This document shows, one piece after another, positions 52,861 to 61,808 of a stretch of DNA of 64,000 nt; positions within the stretch are counted from its first letter, which is position 1; every line of letters starts with the position of its first letter. The position numbers were made by a program, and so were the translations under genes. The DNA lies in contig CAWDKY010000017.1 in the NCBI GenBank assembly GCA_963802945.1, forward strand, positions 384,001 to 448,000, read 5' to 3'. The stretch comes from an uncultured delta proteobacterium. Its GTDB lineage: Bacteria; Desulfobacterota; RBG-13-43-22. Under the pieces are notes generated by a model. That model searched no databases. It worked only from the letters and a program-made list of their open reading frames with translations, and was not told the origin of the DNA.

Positions 52861-52990
52861 TTGTCTGTCAAAGAACTTTGGGTTAAAATTCATTCCCTGG
52901 CTACGGCCAGGTAGCCTCTGAGAACCGCCCGGTGCGGACCCGCATGCCGGGTGGTGTGGGGAGGGGGAGAGAACTCCCCCTTTACCCGAC
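52861..52990 (+). mobile_element. 3' remnant of a class C (attC-targeting type) group II intron: end of IEP plus domains V-VI
   Basis: LSVKELWVKIHSLATAR*, then GAACCGCCCGGTGCGGACCCGCATGCCGGGTGGTGTGG (short DV, CGC triad) and DVI ending CCCGAC, abutting TAGCTG. Confidence 0.85.
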
Positions 52991-53688
52991 TAGCTGCTTA
53001 ACTTCCAGGCCGCCTCCGGATATGAAAGATAATAGACATTATTGAAACCACGGTTATCACATTTAATATCATCCCCTAAGCGAGCTTTGCCTGAGTTGAA
53101 TATTCTGTCACTCACAAGGAGCAGCCTTACGTCCGATATATTCTTTGCATACTTTGGAAGGTTCTTTGCTTTTCCATTTATGGCTCTATCAACAAGGTCT
53201 TTATCAATATTACTCACCCAGCCGACTTTGTTAGATACGTAATTCCACCTTTTGTATTCCCCTAACTGATCCGGAAGTCTCCGAACATAAATTACACAAC
53301 CGTTATAGGGCTCGATCCGCTTTTGTTCAAACTCTGATAGTTGCGGTACCTCCTTTGTGATCGCGTTCAATAGTTTATCGTGATGACCGATATCACCCAA
53401 TAAATCGGCTTTGATGGAGGAGCAATTTGCCTTGTAATAAGCATCGGCCAATTTTTTGATGTTTTTCAGGTTATTCTTTTCATCAGCTTTTTTTGTAGAT
53501 CCCCTGCTTGACTCGTCGAGATATATTTCTCTGACCTCTAACCCAAATTTCTCCAATTCTGTTGTCACGATCAGGTCAGGCCAACTGACTTCATCAGGAG
53601 AAGGCTCAACTTTCCACGACTCAACAAGCAATTCACCTGTTTTCTTGGCATAAATTAATTCAAGACTTTTCTGATGTTGCGTGGTCAT
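52990..53688 (-). CDS. Hypothetical protein with a PD-(D/E)xK-like motif, probable gene cassette
   Basis: WPDLIV...FGLEVRE; AT-rich; begins after GGTAGCTG and ends in the complementary CAGCTA. Confidence 0.65.
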   Translation of the reverse strand: MTTQHQKSLELIYAKKTGELLVESWKVEPSPDEVSWPDLIVTTELEKFGLEVREIYLDESSRGSTKKADEKNNLKNIKKLADAYYKANCSSIKADLLGDIGHHDKLLNAITKEVPQLSEFEQKRIEPYNGCVIYVRRLPDQLGEYKRWNYVSNKVGWVSNIDKDLVDRAINGKAKNLPKYAKNISDVRLLLVSDRIFNSGKARLGDDIKCDNRGFNNVYYLSYPEAAWKLSS

Positions 53689-53699
53689 GATCTCTCTTG

Positions 53700-53757
53700 C
53701 AGCTACCGCCATAAGTCTGACCGGCCGCTTTGGGGCCAATCCTGGCGCTTGTTGACC
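53700..53757 (-). mobile_element. Degenerate attC-like site
   Basis: Minus strand GGTCAAC-AAGCG...GATTGGCC-CCAAAGC-GGCCGGTC...GGTAGCT; GC-rich hairpin in an AT-rich context; box spacing irregular. Confidence 0.45.
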
Positions 53758-53845
53758 CTTTTTCCCATTCGTTGGGAAGCACAAGGGTCGTGTGCCATTA
53801 TTTGCGAGGTTCAGAGAGCAATTAGTTTTTCTTTTTGATGTTGTA

Positions 53846-54478
53846 TTATTGCCTTCTTTTAACGTTTTTCAACCTTAACTCTTTCCTCTCTTGAAACATT
53901 TTTTCTAATTTTGCTTTTTGTTCGGGTGATGCATCAAGAATTTTCTTGCGCCATTCCATATCATATTCTAAATCCATTTTTGCATTTAACAACATTAGTT
54001 TAAGAAATCCAGTTATTCCATTGTGCCCATTTTTTTTTACTTTTTCATCATAAACTTTATTTAAGTCATTTTTAATTCTAGATAGTTCAATTGCTTTTTC
54101 AAGGTCTGCGACTTGACCCTCATAATCTAAAACAGCACCTTTTGAAACTGAACGAGTAAAATAATTATTGCAATCTTTTGGAGATAACTGAATTGCTTTA
54201 TCAAAATCCTCTATTGCATCATAGTGATATTTTAATCCTTGTAAGCATGATGCACGCATGCCATACAAATCTGCAATATCGTGATTAAAATATTTTTCAA
54301 ATTTATTTTCAAGAGCTAAATCAAAATACGTCAATGCATCACATGGCTGTCTTTTAAGCCAGAGTTGTTTTCCCTTTTCAAAATAGTTAAGTCCATCCCA
54401 TTTGATCTTAGATTCAAAATCATCAGATTTAGAATTATCTTAATTTTTTCTTTTGAATATCCTTGTGAACCAACTCAT
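53846..54478 (-). pseudogene. Tetratricopeptide-repeat protein with premature TAA at codon 13
   Basis: RBS GGAGG, ATG 54478 in frame with ORF 53846-54334; TPR-like AIEDFDKAIQLSP and ADLEKAIEL. Confidence 0.65.
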
Positions 54479-54548
54479 ATTTTAAATCCTCCCCTTCCTA
54501 TCGCTGCTATCTGAGGTCAAACTCGCCTTTAGATTGGAAATTAGTGGA

Positions 54549-54570
54549 AATTAGGGACACATCCCTAATT
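54549..54570. repeat. REP-like perfect hairpin
   Basis: AATTAGGGA-CACA-TCCCTAATT, preceded by a GGAAATTAG tandem. Confidence 0.5.
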
Positions 54571-54637
54571 CTGATCGTTCACTGAGCAATAAAATTTAGG
54601 TAAAAGTATAACTACTACAGGGTTTATTGTAAGTTTC

Positions 54638-55183
54638 CTATTTCCCCTTTATCAGATCTCGCAGGTTAGGGGGGAGCTGAGCTGTGAGTTCGGGAAACGC
54701 TTCGATGATTCTCAAAATATCGGCCAAGTCTTTTTGCCGTTTGCTTCTTCTGCGGGTTTCATCGGTGTAGGCCCACACTTTTCCCTGCAACACATTTTCC
54801 AGGGTGGCCACTTTCAAATCATAACCAAGTATATTGCGAACCATTGCATTGGTAAGAAAACCCTGATAACGGATATCGGTCTGAACTTGAATTCGCAAGT
54901 CCGAACCGGGTCCGCTGATGTTGATACTGTGTTCAAACCGTTCCACCGTCAACTGGTGGCTTTTGGAGGCATTGATAACGGCCTCGATATCATCAACAGC
55001 TACCACAATATCAATATCCAAACTCACCACGGGTTCCACATAAGCATTGACAGCCAGCCCCCCAATCAGGGAGTAACGAGAACCAGTTTCCCTGAGGATG
55101 GAAAGGAACTGCTGGAGGATGTCTGATTTCCCCTTAGCGATAGAATTCAGGAATTCTTTGCTTGTCATTGCTCCCTCACTCAT
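54638..55183 (-). CDS. Nucleotidyltransferase-fold protein (AbiEii/DUF6036-like)
   Basis: LIGGLAV...SLDIDIVV (GG plus DxD) and C-terminal K..A...R.K...D pattern. Confidence 0.7.
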   Translation of the reverse strand: MSEGAMTSKEFLNSIAKGKSDILQQFLSILRETGSRYSLIGGLAVNAYVEPVVSLDIDIVVAVDDIEAVINASKSHQLTVERFEHSINISGPGSDLRIQVQTDIRYQGFLTNAMVRNILGYDLKVATLENVLQGKVWAYTDETRRRSKRQKDLADILRIIEAFPELTAQLPPNLRDLIKGK

Positions 55184-55353
55184 TCAAAATAGTTAACTCA
55201 TTATAAATCATAAATAATTTCTTGACAATTTTTTTTAATTGTCTTTATTTTGTCTTTCAGACAGTCTGCAGCCTATTTGATTTCCATGTCTTTTAAGGGA
55301 GCCTGGGGAGAGAGGAATTATATTAATTCAGGTAAAAACCGGATAAAAGGTTA

Positions 55354-55397
55354 CGATAATATGAGTTGACACGCTCATATTATCGCGATAAAATGAG
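55354..55397 (+). promoter_or_regulatory. Promoter with a triple 12-bp operator upstream of the AAA/DUF4143 gene
   Basis: CGATAATATGAG-TTGACACG-CTCATATTATCG-CGATAAAATGAG; TTGACA-N17-TAAAAT; ATG 7 nt after the -10 box. Confidence 0.75.
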
Positions 55398-55400
55398 CCC

Positions 55401-56669
55401 ATGAAAACCAATGATTATGTCCCTCGCAGCCTCGAAAACTATGCCTTTGATGAAAGCTTGACCGGAAGACACATGGTTTTTTTGGCCGGGGCGCGGCAGG
55501 TGGGAAAGACCATGCTGGCCCGCCATTGGCTGGAAAAGAAAGGCAGCTCCTCTCTTTATTTTAACTGGGACGATATTAAAACCCGCCAAACTTACCTGTC
55601 TGACAGCCGGTTTTTTGAGTCCCCGGCCCGAGCACTGGGCCTTGCCGATCCCTGGATTGTGTTTGACGAAATCCACAAACGCAACCATTGGCGGGATATT
55701 CTTAAAGGGGCCTATGACCTTTTCTCAAAAGAATTCAGATTCCTGATAACCGGAAGCGCCCGACTGGATTTGTTTCGAAGATCCGGGGACTCCCTGGTCG
55801 GCCGGTACAATCTGTTTCATATGTTTCCTTTTACCCTTAAAGAGGTTACCTCTTTGAGGAAATCTTCCTGTTTTTTAGAAGAAGATAATTTTGGATCTAT
55901 GGTTTCAGTTTTCGAAAAACAGGTCTCCTCACGATTATCTCCTGAAATCGATGAGGCTTACAATATCCTCTGGAGAAACGGCCCCTTTCCCGAGCCCTTT
56001 TTAAAGCAAAACGATCGGTTCAGCCGTAAATGGCACCAGGATTACATGAGTCTGGTCGTTCGTCAGGATTTGAAGGATTTAACCAGGGTAGCAGAACTAG
56101 ATAAGATCGAGCACCTGATTTCCCTTCTTCCGTCCCGTGTCATGTCCCCCATTTCCATGGCCAACCTATCCCGTGAACTGGAGGTGGCCCATACTACGGT
56201 AAAAAACTGGCTGGAACAATTGAAGAGGCTTTATCTTTTATTTTCGGTAGATCCTTGGACCCAAAAGATTTCTCGTGGTTTGAAAAGAGAAAAAAAATGG
56301 TATTTTCTGGATTGGTATTATGTCCCGGCAGGGGCGGCCCGCCTGGAAAATATAATAGCCGCCAATCTCTACCAGGTCTGTCAAACCCTTACCGACAGAG
56401 GGCTTGGCTTATATCGGCTTTATTATATAAGGACTTTGGACAAAAAAGAGATCGACTTCCTGGTGACGGTGGGCCGAAAACCAGTCCTTTGTGTGGAGGT
56501 TAAAACCGGAGAGTCCAAAATTTCCAATACGCTCATCAATCGTCAAAGATGGTTCCCCAACCAACCCACGCTGGGGGTTCAGGTTGTGGAAAAAGGGGGG
56601 ACCCTTAAAAGGCTTCAGGGAGATACCTGGATCATCGGTATCGATCGATTTTTATCACTACTGGATTAA
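55401..56669 (+). CDS. AAA_14 ATPase with DUF4143 / C-terminal PD-(D/E)xK-like domain
   Basis: GARQVGKT, FDEIH, TGS, GPFPE, KWYFLD and EIDF...VEVK motifs. Confidence 0.88.
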   Translation: MKTNDYVPRSLENYAFDESLTGRHMVFLAGARQVGKTMLARHWLEKKGSSSLYFNWDDIKTRQTYLSDSRFFESPARALGLADPWIVFDEIHKRNHWRDILKGAYDLFSKEFRFLITGSARLDLFRRSGDSLVGRYNLFHMFPFTLKEVTSLRKSSCFLEEDNFGSMVSVFEKQVSSRLSPEIDEAYNILWRNGPFPEPFLKQNDRFSRKWHQDYMSLVVRQDLKDLTRVAELDKIEHLISLLPSRVMSPISMANLSRELEVAHTTVKNWLEQLKRLYLLFSVDPWTQKISRGLKREKKWYFLDWYYVPAGAARLENIIAANLYQVCQTLTDRGLGLYRLYYIRTLDKKEIDFLVTVGRKPVLCVEVKTGESKISNTLINRQRWFPNQPTLGVQVVEKGGTLKRLQGDTWIIGIDRFLSLLD

Positions 56670-56777
56670 AAAGTATTTCACTTCAAGGTCCTATAAAAAA
56701 GACAAAACTCAATTTTTTCGTCCCTGTTCAGGGTAACCTTTAACAGATTTAAGAATTTAAGAAAGGAGCTTAATCAA

Positions 56778-57599
56778 ATGGACCAGGTTACGAAAAATGT
56801 TTTTGTGGAAACCGGCTATCGGGGCTGTAATCCCGGTTTTGTGGTCACTTCGGAAGGGGTGGTGATGGTCGATACCCCGCAGATCCCGAGAGATGCCCTG
56901 GCCTATAGGGAGATCGTTTTAAAGCACGGCAAACCGATTTATCTGATCAATACCGAACCTCACGGCGATCATTATACGGGTAACTTCTTTTTTGAGGCAA
57001 TTTGTGTGGCCCAGGAAGGGACCAGGGAAGTAATGATGCAAGCCCAGCTCCCGGCGTTTAAAGAAAGGATGAAATTACTGGACCCCGGTTTTGATCAACT
57101 GGAAACCTATCGGATCAAATTTCCCTCCATTACCTTCGGCCAATCGATGTGGCTGTATGTGGGTAATCATACCTTTGAATTGATACACCTGCCGGGCCAC
57201 ACGGCCAGTGAAACGGTGGTCTTTATTCCAGAGGAACGAACGGTTTTCACCGGAGACAACATCTTTAACCGGGTCCAGACGTTTCTTCATGAGGCCTTAC
57301 CCAAGGAGTGGCTTGAATCTTTGGAGGTTCTTAAAAAACTGGAGGCCGATTATTATATCCCCGGACACGGGGAGGTTTGCACCAAGGCCTATCTGTACGA
57401 ACAGGCCTCTTTCATCAAGGAATGGATTGCTTCTATCCATGAAGCGATCAAGCGAGGATGGTCCTTGGAAGAGGCCCAGCAGCGCATCTCTTTTCTGGAC
57501 CGCTATCCCATGGGACAAGGGTTGGAGGCCTTTGGGCCGGAATTGCAGAAAATGAACGTGGCCCGACTTTATGCCTTGGCAGGGGAGGGGAGGATTTAA
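56778..57599 (+). CDS. MBL-fold metallo-hydrolase (cyclase-like)
   Basis: VDTP, NTEPHGDHYTGN, PGHT, FTGD and PGHG motifs. Confidence 0.85.
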   Translation: MDQVTKNVFVETGYRGCNPGFVVTSEGVVMVDTPQIPRDALAYREIVLKHGKPIYLINTEPHGDHYTGNFFFEAICVAQEGTREVMMQAQLPAFKERMKLLDPGFDQLETYRIKFPSITFGQSMWLYVGNHTFELIHLPGHTASETVVFIPEERTVFTGDNIFNRVQTFLHEALPKEWLESLEVLKKLEADYYIPGHGEVCTKAYLYEQASFIKEWIASIHEAIKRGWSLEEAQQRISFLDRYPMGQGLEAFGPELQKMNVARLYALAGEGRI

Positions 57600-57752
57600 T
57601 TAAAAGGAAGTTTGGAGCTCAGAGTTCGGAGTTTAGCGTTCAGATCGCTCGGCTTTGCCGAGCTTTAAGAAAGGCTTCCAGTGGAAGCCGGAGTTCGGCG
57701 AAACCGGTTTCAAATTTTCTTGATGCCTTCTAGGGTATGAAGATTAAGGTAA

Positions 57753-57787
57753 AAAAGAAAGGGCGGGGTTGACCCGCCCTTTCTTTT
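57753..57787. terminator. Bidirectional intrinsic terminator
   Basis: AAAAGAAAGGGCGGG-GTTGA-CCCGCCCTTTCTTTT between convergent genes. Confidence 0.85.
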
Positions 57788-57813
57788 AGAAAATCTTATC
57801 TCAGGCCTTATGC

Positions 57814-59262
57814 CTATTTTACAGCCTTAAGTAAGGAATCAGGCATTGTCCAAGGTGGCGTAATCGGTTGCTGATAATCGGGATGATCCGTGGGAATGCC
57901 AAGATTACGCCTGGCAGCGGCCTTAAATCTTTCCCAATCGGCCATCTGATAGACCACCATCCTCTGGGTGGCCAGGGATCCTTCGGCGTGAATCGTCAGG
58001 ACGCCGCCGAAGGTGGAGCCCAGTTGAATAACGGCGTTTATGGCCTTGATCCGGTCTTCAGCCGGGAACCTGGCGTCGCCCTGGAGATATTTATCCATAT
58101 AGGCCTTCACGGTGGGGTTCTGATAATCCTTCTGGGAAGGCATTGTGGCGGCGATCCCGCCGGTTATATCCTGAACATACTTCATGGCTTCATGCCATTG
58201 GGAAGCAAACCAGTACTTGGCGCAGTTGGTATAAACCGGATTCGGTAAAGCGAATTTCGTCTCCGGATCGATAACCGGCGCCAGGGCAGCGGCTTTTCCC
58301 AGGGCCTCGGTTACATCGGCATACATGGCCAGCCAGGCCAGCATATCCTGAATACGGGTAGCATGCGTCAATCCATTATATTCGGCCATTATCATGGCCA
58401 AGCCGGCAACAAACTGCAGTTGCACGTGTTTATAGGTGGCGGCGGTGAGACGATGATAACGGGCGAAAGAGGTGGCATACACCCTCGAGAATTGCCATTC
58501 GCCGCAGAGAAATACCCTTTCCCAGGGGACAAAGACGTTATCGAAAATGATCATGGGATGGCCGCCGTTTGTTGTCCCGGCAGAGGCCAGGAAGCTTACG
58601 CCCTTGGCTCCGCAAGGAACAGCACAGGAAACGGCATAATCTTTCCCTGCTTCATTGTGATTACGGGAGGGAACTAAAATCAATTCATTAGAAAGAATCG
58701 AGTCGCTGATGTGCAGTTTACAACCGACGATGGTTATTCCTTCCTTGTTTTTGTCTACTACACGGACGTAGAAGTCTTTATGGGCCTGCTTCGGGTCTTC
58801 GGCATGCAGTCTCCTGTTGCCTTTGGGGTCGCTGACCGCAGCGCACAGGCCCGGATCGTTTTTCTTGCACCAAGCCCGGTAAGATTTCATGTTTTCGGAA
58901 TAATGGGTACCCATAGCCGCATCCAGCCTTTCACAGGCATAGGCCACGCCATTCAAACTGTCGATACCCGTAAGACGGGAACCACCGATGCGGTTACGAC
59001 TTAGGGTCTGAACAATCGTTCTTCGCCTTTGGAGGTCCTCGCCCGTTTTGGGCACATTAAATGAGAAGGAAACTTCCTCACCATCTTCCATCATATTGAA
59101 CAGGGAACGATACTCGGGCTGGGTAGAAATCCAGAACTCGGAAGCGGAGCGCTCCACCGCCTCTTTGTATCGGGTCGGCACATCTTTTATCAGTTCGCCG
59201 TCCTGATACACGACCCTTCCGTCTCTTAAACTTTGAACATACTGTTCCGGTGTCTTAACCAT
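57814..59262 (-). CDS. 4-hydroxybutyryl-CoA dehydratase / HpaB-family flavoprotein (copy 2)
   Basis: SDPKGNR, GCKLHIS, DYAVS, FDNVFVPWERVF, YHR and HAEGS motifs. Confidence 0.85.
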   Translation of the reverse strand: MVKTPEQYVQSLRDGRVVYQDGELIKDVPTRYKEAVERSASEFWISTQPEYRSLFNMMEDGEEVSFSFNVPKTGEDLQRRRTIVQTLSRNRIGGSRLTGIDSLNGVAYACERLDAAMGTHYSENMKSYRAWCKKNDPGLCAAVSDPKGNRRLHAEDPKQAHKDFYVRVVDKNKEGITIVGCKLHISDSILSNELILVPSRNHNEAGKDYAVSCAVPCGAKGVSFLASAGTTNGGHPMIIFDNVFVPWERVFLCGEWQFSRVYATSFARYHRLTAATYKHVQLQFVAGLAMIMAEYNGLTHATRIQDMLAWLAMYADVTEALGKAAALAPVIDPETKFALPNPVYTNCAKYWFASQWHEAMKYVQDITGGIAATMPSQKDYQNPTVKAYMDKYLQGDARFPAEDRIKAINAVIQLGSTFGGVLTIHAEGSLATQRMVVYQMADWERFKAAARRNLGIPTDHPDYQQPITPPWTMPDSLLKAVK

Positions 59263-59467
59263 AGTTTTTCCTTTCTATAACAGAAATTATTTCTTAAAAA
59301 TTTAGAACCATTATTTTATTTTTCGTAAAAAACTACCTTTTTCTGACTTCCATCACCCCCTCCAACCTTATCCGTAACCCTTAGGATCGGCAAAAGGTTC
59401 GCTTACCATAATACGGAAATTAATTTGAATCAAGATATTTTCAATTTAAAATAAAAAATGAAAAAAA

Positions 59468-59926
59468 TTATATATCTTCCCTCAAGCTGCATCCCAGTTT
59501 CTTAGCCAAGCGCGCCAAATCTTCTTGCTCTTGCTCTGTAAGAACAGAAGCCATTTCAGTAAGATACTCGGCATGCTTCACAAAGGAATCATCGAATATC
59601 TTTTTCCCTTTTGGAGTGAATCGAACAACAATGGCCCGCCGATCGTCATTACTGGGAATACGTTCCACCAGGCCTTCTTTTTCCAGATTGTCCACAACGA
59701 CCGTCATATTCCCGCCGCTCACCAGCATTTTTTTACACAGCTCTCCCATGTTCAAGGGACCAAGGTGTCCCAAGCATTCAATAACTGCATATTGGGCGGC
59801 CGTGATTCCAAAATTTTTTAAATGTTCGGCATTTTTTTTATTGAAGCTGGCGTAGGCCCTCTGCAGTTTCACCCACATGCCGAGGGCCCTGTCGATTTTT
59901 TTTCCGTATTTAACTGTATTTTTCAT
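59468..59926 (-). CDS. MarR family transcriptional regulator (MhqR-like)
   Basis: LVSGGNMTVVVDNLEKEGLVER...DRR...TPKG winged HTH. Confidence 0.92.
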   Translation of the reverse strand: MKNTVKYGKKIDRALGMWVKLQRAYASFNKKNAEHLKNFGITAAQYAVIECLGHLGPLNMGELCKKMLVSGGNMTVVVDNLEKEGLVERIPSNDDRRAIVVRFTPKGKKIFDDSFVKHAEYLTEMASVLTEQEQEDLARLAKKLGCSLREDI

Positions 59927-59940
59927 TTTCTGAGACCCAA

Positions 59941-60738
59941 TCAGGCTTTCATGCCGGGCAGGTTGAGCGAGGCGGTATTGCCTCCATCCACCGGAAGGGC
60001 TTGGCCGGTAATGTAACTGGCTTCATCGCTGGCCAGGAAAAGTATCGCACTGGCAACCTCCTCAGGCCGGCCGTAACGCCTCAGTTCGCAACGGTATCCC
60101 ATTTTTTCAATTTTTCCCGAAGCGCGGGCATATTCAAAGACCCGTTTGGTCATTCCCGTTTCAATCAGGCCCGGACAAACGGCGTTCACCCGGACATTGA
60201 ATCCTCCCAGGTCGCAGGCCGAGGTCATGGTAAAATTGATCAGGGCTGCTTTACTGGCGCTGTAAGCGTTGCCTCCGGCACCTCCGCGAATTCCGGCAAC
60301 CGATGATGTATTGACAATGGCGCCGCTTTTCCTGGCCATCATATGCCCGGCCACATGCTTGGTTGCAAAAACCGCCCCTAGAACATTGACCTCAAAAACC
60401 CTTTTCCAGATTTCCTCATTCTCAGACTCTAATTTCGCCAGGTCTCCGCCGGTGCCGGCGTTGTTGCAGAGGATGTCGATTTGGGAATAGGTTTTCAGGG
60501 CGAGATCGATCAGGGCCTTGATCTCATTTTCTACCGCTACGTTGGTTTTTTTAGCTGTGGCTTCTCCTCCTGCGTTGACCACCATATCGAAGGTTTCTTT
60601 CAGGCCGGCTTCATTGATATCCGCCAGAACCAGTTTGGCCCCCTCGGCGGCAAACAGGAGGGCCGTGGCCCGGCCTATCCCATCGGCGGCCCCGGTGATG
60701 ATAGCCACCTTTCCAGCTAATCTTCCCTTTCTTTCCAT
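59941..60738 (-). CDS. SDR family oxidoreductase
   Basis: TGAADGIG, NNAG and YSASK motifs. Confidence 0.93.
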   Translation of the reverse strand: MERKGRLAGKVAIITGAADGIGRATALLFAAEGAKLVLADINEAGLKETFDMVVNAGGEATAKKTNVAVENEIKALIDLALKTYSQIDILCNNAGTGGDLAKLESENEEIWKRVFEVNVLGAVFATKHVAGHMMARKSGAIVNTSSVAGIRGGAGGNAYSASKAALINFTMTSACDLGGFNVRVNAVCPGLIETGMTKRVFEYARASGKIEKMGYRCELRRYGRPEEVASAILFLASDEASYITGQALPVDGGNTASLNLPGMKA

Positions 60739-60867
60739 TAAATTAAATCTCCTTTTGCTTGGTGTCTATAGGCTGAAGGCGAATAGACTGAAGCAGAAAC
60801 CAAAACCCGGGGATTAGGGTTTAAACTCCCGTCAGTCTTCGGCCTTCGATCTATTCTCCTAAAATTT

Positions 60868-61650
60868 TTACTCCAGGGAACCGGCTGTCCCGACCATGGA
60901 TCCGCCGTCTATGACAATGGTTATCCCGGTCACGTATCTTGAGGCGTCTGAGGCCAAATAAAGCACAGCACCGGCTACGTCATCCGGCTGCCCCAAGAAA
61001 TCCAAGGGCATACGTTGGAGGGCAGCGGCTCCAACGGCCGGGTCTTTCCACAAGGCCTCGCTGAGACGGGTCTCGATCACACCCGGGGCAATGGCATTGA
61101 CCCGGATACCATACTGACCCCATTCCCTGGCCATGCATTGGGTCAACATGATCAAGCCGGCCTTGGTAACGCAGTAAATACTTAATCCACTGGCCCTAAG
61201 CCCGGCGACCGAGGCCGTGTTGATAATATTACCTCCACCTTTCCCCTTCATGACTTTGGCCACCATCTGAGCCAGAAAGAACTGCCCCTTTAAATTGACA
61301 TTCATGGTTGTGTCCCAGGCCCACTCCTCCGCTTCCAAAAGGGTTCCCGGATAGGGGTTGGTGCCGGCGTTGTTGAATAAAATATCAATACGACCGAATT
61401 CTTTGACCACTTGGACGACCAATTTTTTCTGATCTTCAAGCTTGGCTACGTGGGCGGCAATGGCCACGCCCTTTCTATTTTTGGCTTTGATCTCATCGGC
61501 CACTATATCCAGATCAGCCTGCTTCCGGCTGCTGACAACGACATCAGCACCCGCATCAGCAAAGGCCAGGGCACAGGCCCTGCCGATGCCGCGGCTACCA
61601 CCGGTGATAAGGGCCACCTTGCCCTCTAATGAAAACCTCTTGCTGTCCAT
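60868..61650 (-). CDS. SDR family oxidoreductase (DHRS4-like)
   Basis: TGGSRGIG, NNAGTNP and YCVTK motifs. Confidence 0.93.
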   Translation of the reverse strand: MDSKRFSLEGKVALITGGSRGIGRACALAFADAGADVVVSSRKQADLDIVADEIKAKNRKGVAIAAHVAKLEDQKKLVVQVVKEFGRIDILFNNAGTNPYPGTLLEAEEWAWDTTMNVNLKGQFFLAQMVAKVMKGKGGGNIINTASVAGLRASGLSIYCVTKAGLIMLTQCMAREWGQYGIRVNAIAPGVIETRLSEALWKDPAVGAAALQRMPLDFLGQPDDVAGAVLYLASDASRYVTGITIVIDGGSMVGTAGSLE

Positions 61651-61808
61651 CTTTTTGCTCCTTTCCAAATGTTATGTATTTCGTGTAAGAGATTAAAAAA
61701 AATATTTAAAGTTTAAAGTATATTTTTATCATGATAACATCGTCAAACGCAACAGGATTTTTTCAATCTAAAAATAATGGCTTAATCCGTGAATAAACGA
61801 GGGAGATT

